Below the pieces are notes generated by a model. The model was not told the DNA's origin. It saw only the letters and a list, made by a program, of their open reading frames with translations, and searched no databases. This document shows positions 63,063 to 64,000 of a DNA stretch of 64,000 nt, one piece after another. The position numbers were made by a program, and so were the translations under genes. The stretch's first letter is position 1; each line of letters begins with the position of its first letter. Origin of the DNA: Mageeibacillus sp. UBA6980 (GTDB lineage: Bacteria; Bacillota; Clostridia; Saccharofermentanales; Saccharofermentanaceae); NCBI GenBank assembly GCA_002450095.1, contig DJYK01000026.1:17781-81780 (forward strand), in the 5' to 3' direction.

Positions 63063-64000
63063 ATGAAGACAGAAAGACCATACATAAGGGCCAAGATCAC
63101 ATCAAAGGCCGAGAAAGCCGTTAAACGTGGCCATCCGTGGGTTTACGGAGAAGAGATAACGGATCTGTCGGGTACTCCTTCTGACGGTGATATCGTTGAT
63201 GTTTTCGCCGGAAATGCATGGATGGGATCGGGCTTTTATAACAGTAATTCCAAGATAACCGTGAGGATCTTTTCCACCAACAGCAATGACCGGTTTGATC
63301 TTGATTTCTGGAAAAGACGGGTCTTTTATGCGATCAGTTACAGAAAGACTGTTATGCCGGGAGATGACTTCAGATGCTGCAGGCTTATCCACGGAGAAGC
63401 CGATCAGATGCCGGGACTTACGGTTGACCGTTATGAGGGCATACTCTCAGTTGAGATCTCGTCACTCGGTATGGAGCGTATCAAGGATACCGTCTATAAA
63501 GCCCTTTACGAAGTGCTTAAAGAGCAGGGAATACAAATAGACGGAATATATGAGAAGAACGAGATCGCGCTTCGGACCAAAGAAGGTCTCGATCTGTACA
63601 AAGGCTGGTACGAGGGGATCCCTCATGTCGATTCTCCCGTTACGAAGATCACCGAGAACGGTATCTGTTATCTCGTGGATGTAATGAACGGGCAGAAGAC
63701 GGGATTCTTCCTTGACCAGAAGTATAATCGTGCGGCGGCCTCAAGGATCGCTTCAGGGAAGACGGTCCTTGACTGTTTTACTCATACGGGATCGTTCGGC
63801 CTCAATGCCGCAAGATGCGGAGCAAAGCATGTGACTTCCGTTGATATATCGGATTCCGCTATTGAGATGGCAAAGCAGAATGCCGTTCTTAACGGGCTTG
63901 CGGATAAAATCACTTACGAATGTGCTGATGTATTCGAGTATCTTACGGATCTGTCGAATAAGAAAGAACGCGTATTTGATTATATAATCCTCGATCCTCC
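63063..64000 (+). CDS. RlmI-like class I SAM-dependent rRNA methyltransferase (3' end beyond the window)
   Basis: My reading of the frame from ATG 63063: MKTERPYIRAKITSKAEKAVKRGHPWVYGEEI.. (PUA-like N-terminus). Later ..GFFLDQKYNR.. and VLDCFTHTGSFGLNAA (SAM motif I). There is no stop before base 64000, so it is absent from the ORF track. Confidence 0.7.
   Translation, partial: MKTERPYIRAKITSKAEKAVKRGHPWVYGEEITDLSGTPSDGDIVDVFAGNAWMGSGFYNSNSKITVRIFSTNSNDRFDLDFWKRRVFYAISYRKTVMPGDDFRCCRLIHGEADQMPGLTVDRYEGILSVEISSLGMERIKDTVYKALYEVLKEQGIQIDGIYEKNEIALRTKEGLDLYKGWYEGIPHVDSPVTKITENGICYLVDVMNGQKTGFFLDQKYNRAAASRIASGKTVLDCFTHTGSFGLNAARCGAKHVTSVDISDSAIEMAKQNAVLNGLADKITYECADVFEYLTDLSNKKERVFDYIILDP

Overview
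The window looks like a chromosomal segment from a low-GC Gram-positive (Clostridia-like) bacterium. Supporting signs are strong GGAGG Shine-Dalgarno sites and an infC-rpmI-rplT operon behind an L20-leader-like attenuator. It splits into four parts. (1) Bases 1 to about 23900 are visibly AT-rich and read as an accessory or defence island. It holds a TPR protein 3' end and a Zn-ribbon-TIR-NACHT NTPase. It also holds a tightly coupled minus-strand operon: an 84-aa tandem-repeat Gly-Gly peptide, a Clp-D2-type AAA+ ATPase, a JAB/JAMM-E1(ThiF) fusion and a small paralog of the AAA+ N-domain. Diverging from that is an 11-gene plus-strand operon: a membrane protein, a HerA/FtsK-like ATPase, small membrane proteins, an HExxH peptidase, unknowns, a PP2C phosphatase, a 1371-aa Ser/Thr kinase ending in a Card1/DUF1887-like PD-(D/E)xK nuclease, and a double-TIR-Sel1-TPR protein. 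I could not match either operon to a named system, and they are my best candidates for something undescribed. (2) About 24000-33600 is higher-GC housekeeping: thermonuclease, a FecCD/BtuF-type ABC importer, an ABC-2 exporter with a CPBP fusion, tRNA-Cys and a GH26 enzyme. (3) 33624-37950 is a decayed mobile island at tRNA-Gly. It carries an internally deleted integrase, an Abi_2 gene, hicAB with a nonsense-mutated hicA, and an IS110 element with a long 5' noncoding arm. (4) 37960-64000 is core metabolism (leuB, an aminotransferase) and the infC operon, followed by an orphan NRPS cluster: a stand-alone C-like protein, A-T-C, A-T-C, an unknown protein and A-T-TE, with a GAF-ABC ATPase and a very large FtsX permease. 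It ends with a partial RlmI-like methyltransferase. I saw no rRNA genes and no CRISPR array. All calls come from reading motifs by eye. No database search was run.
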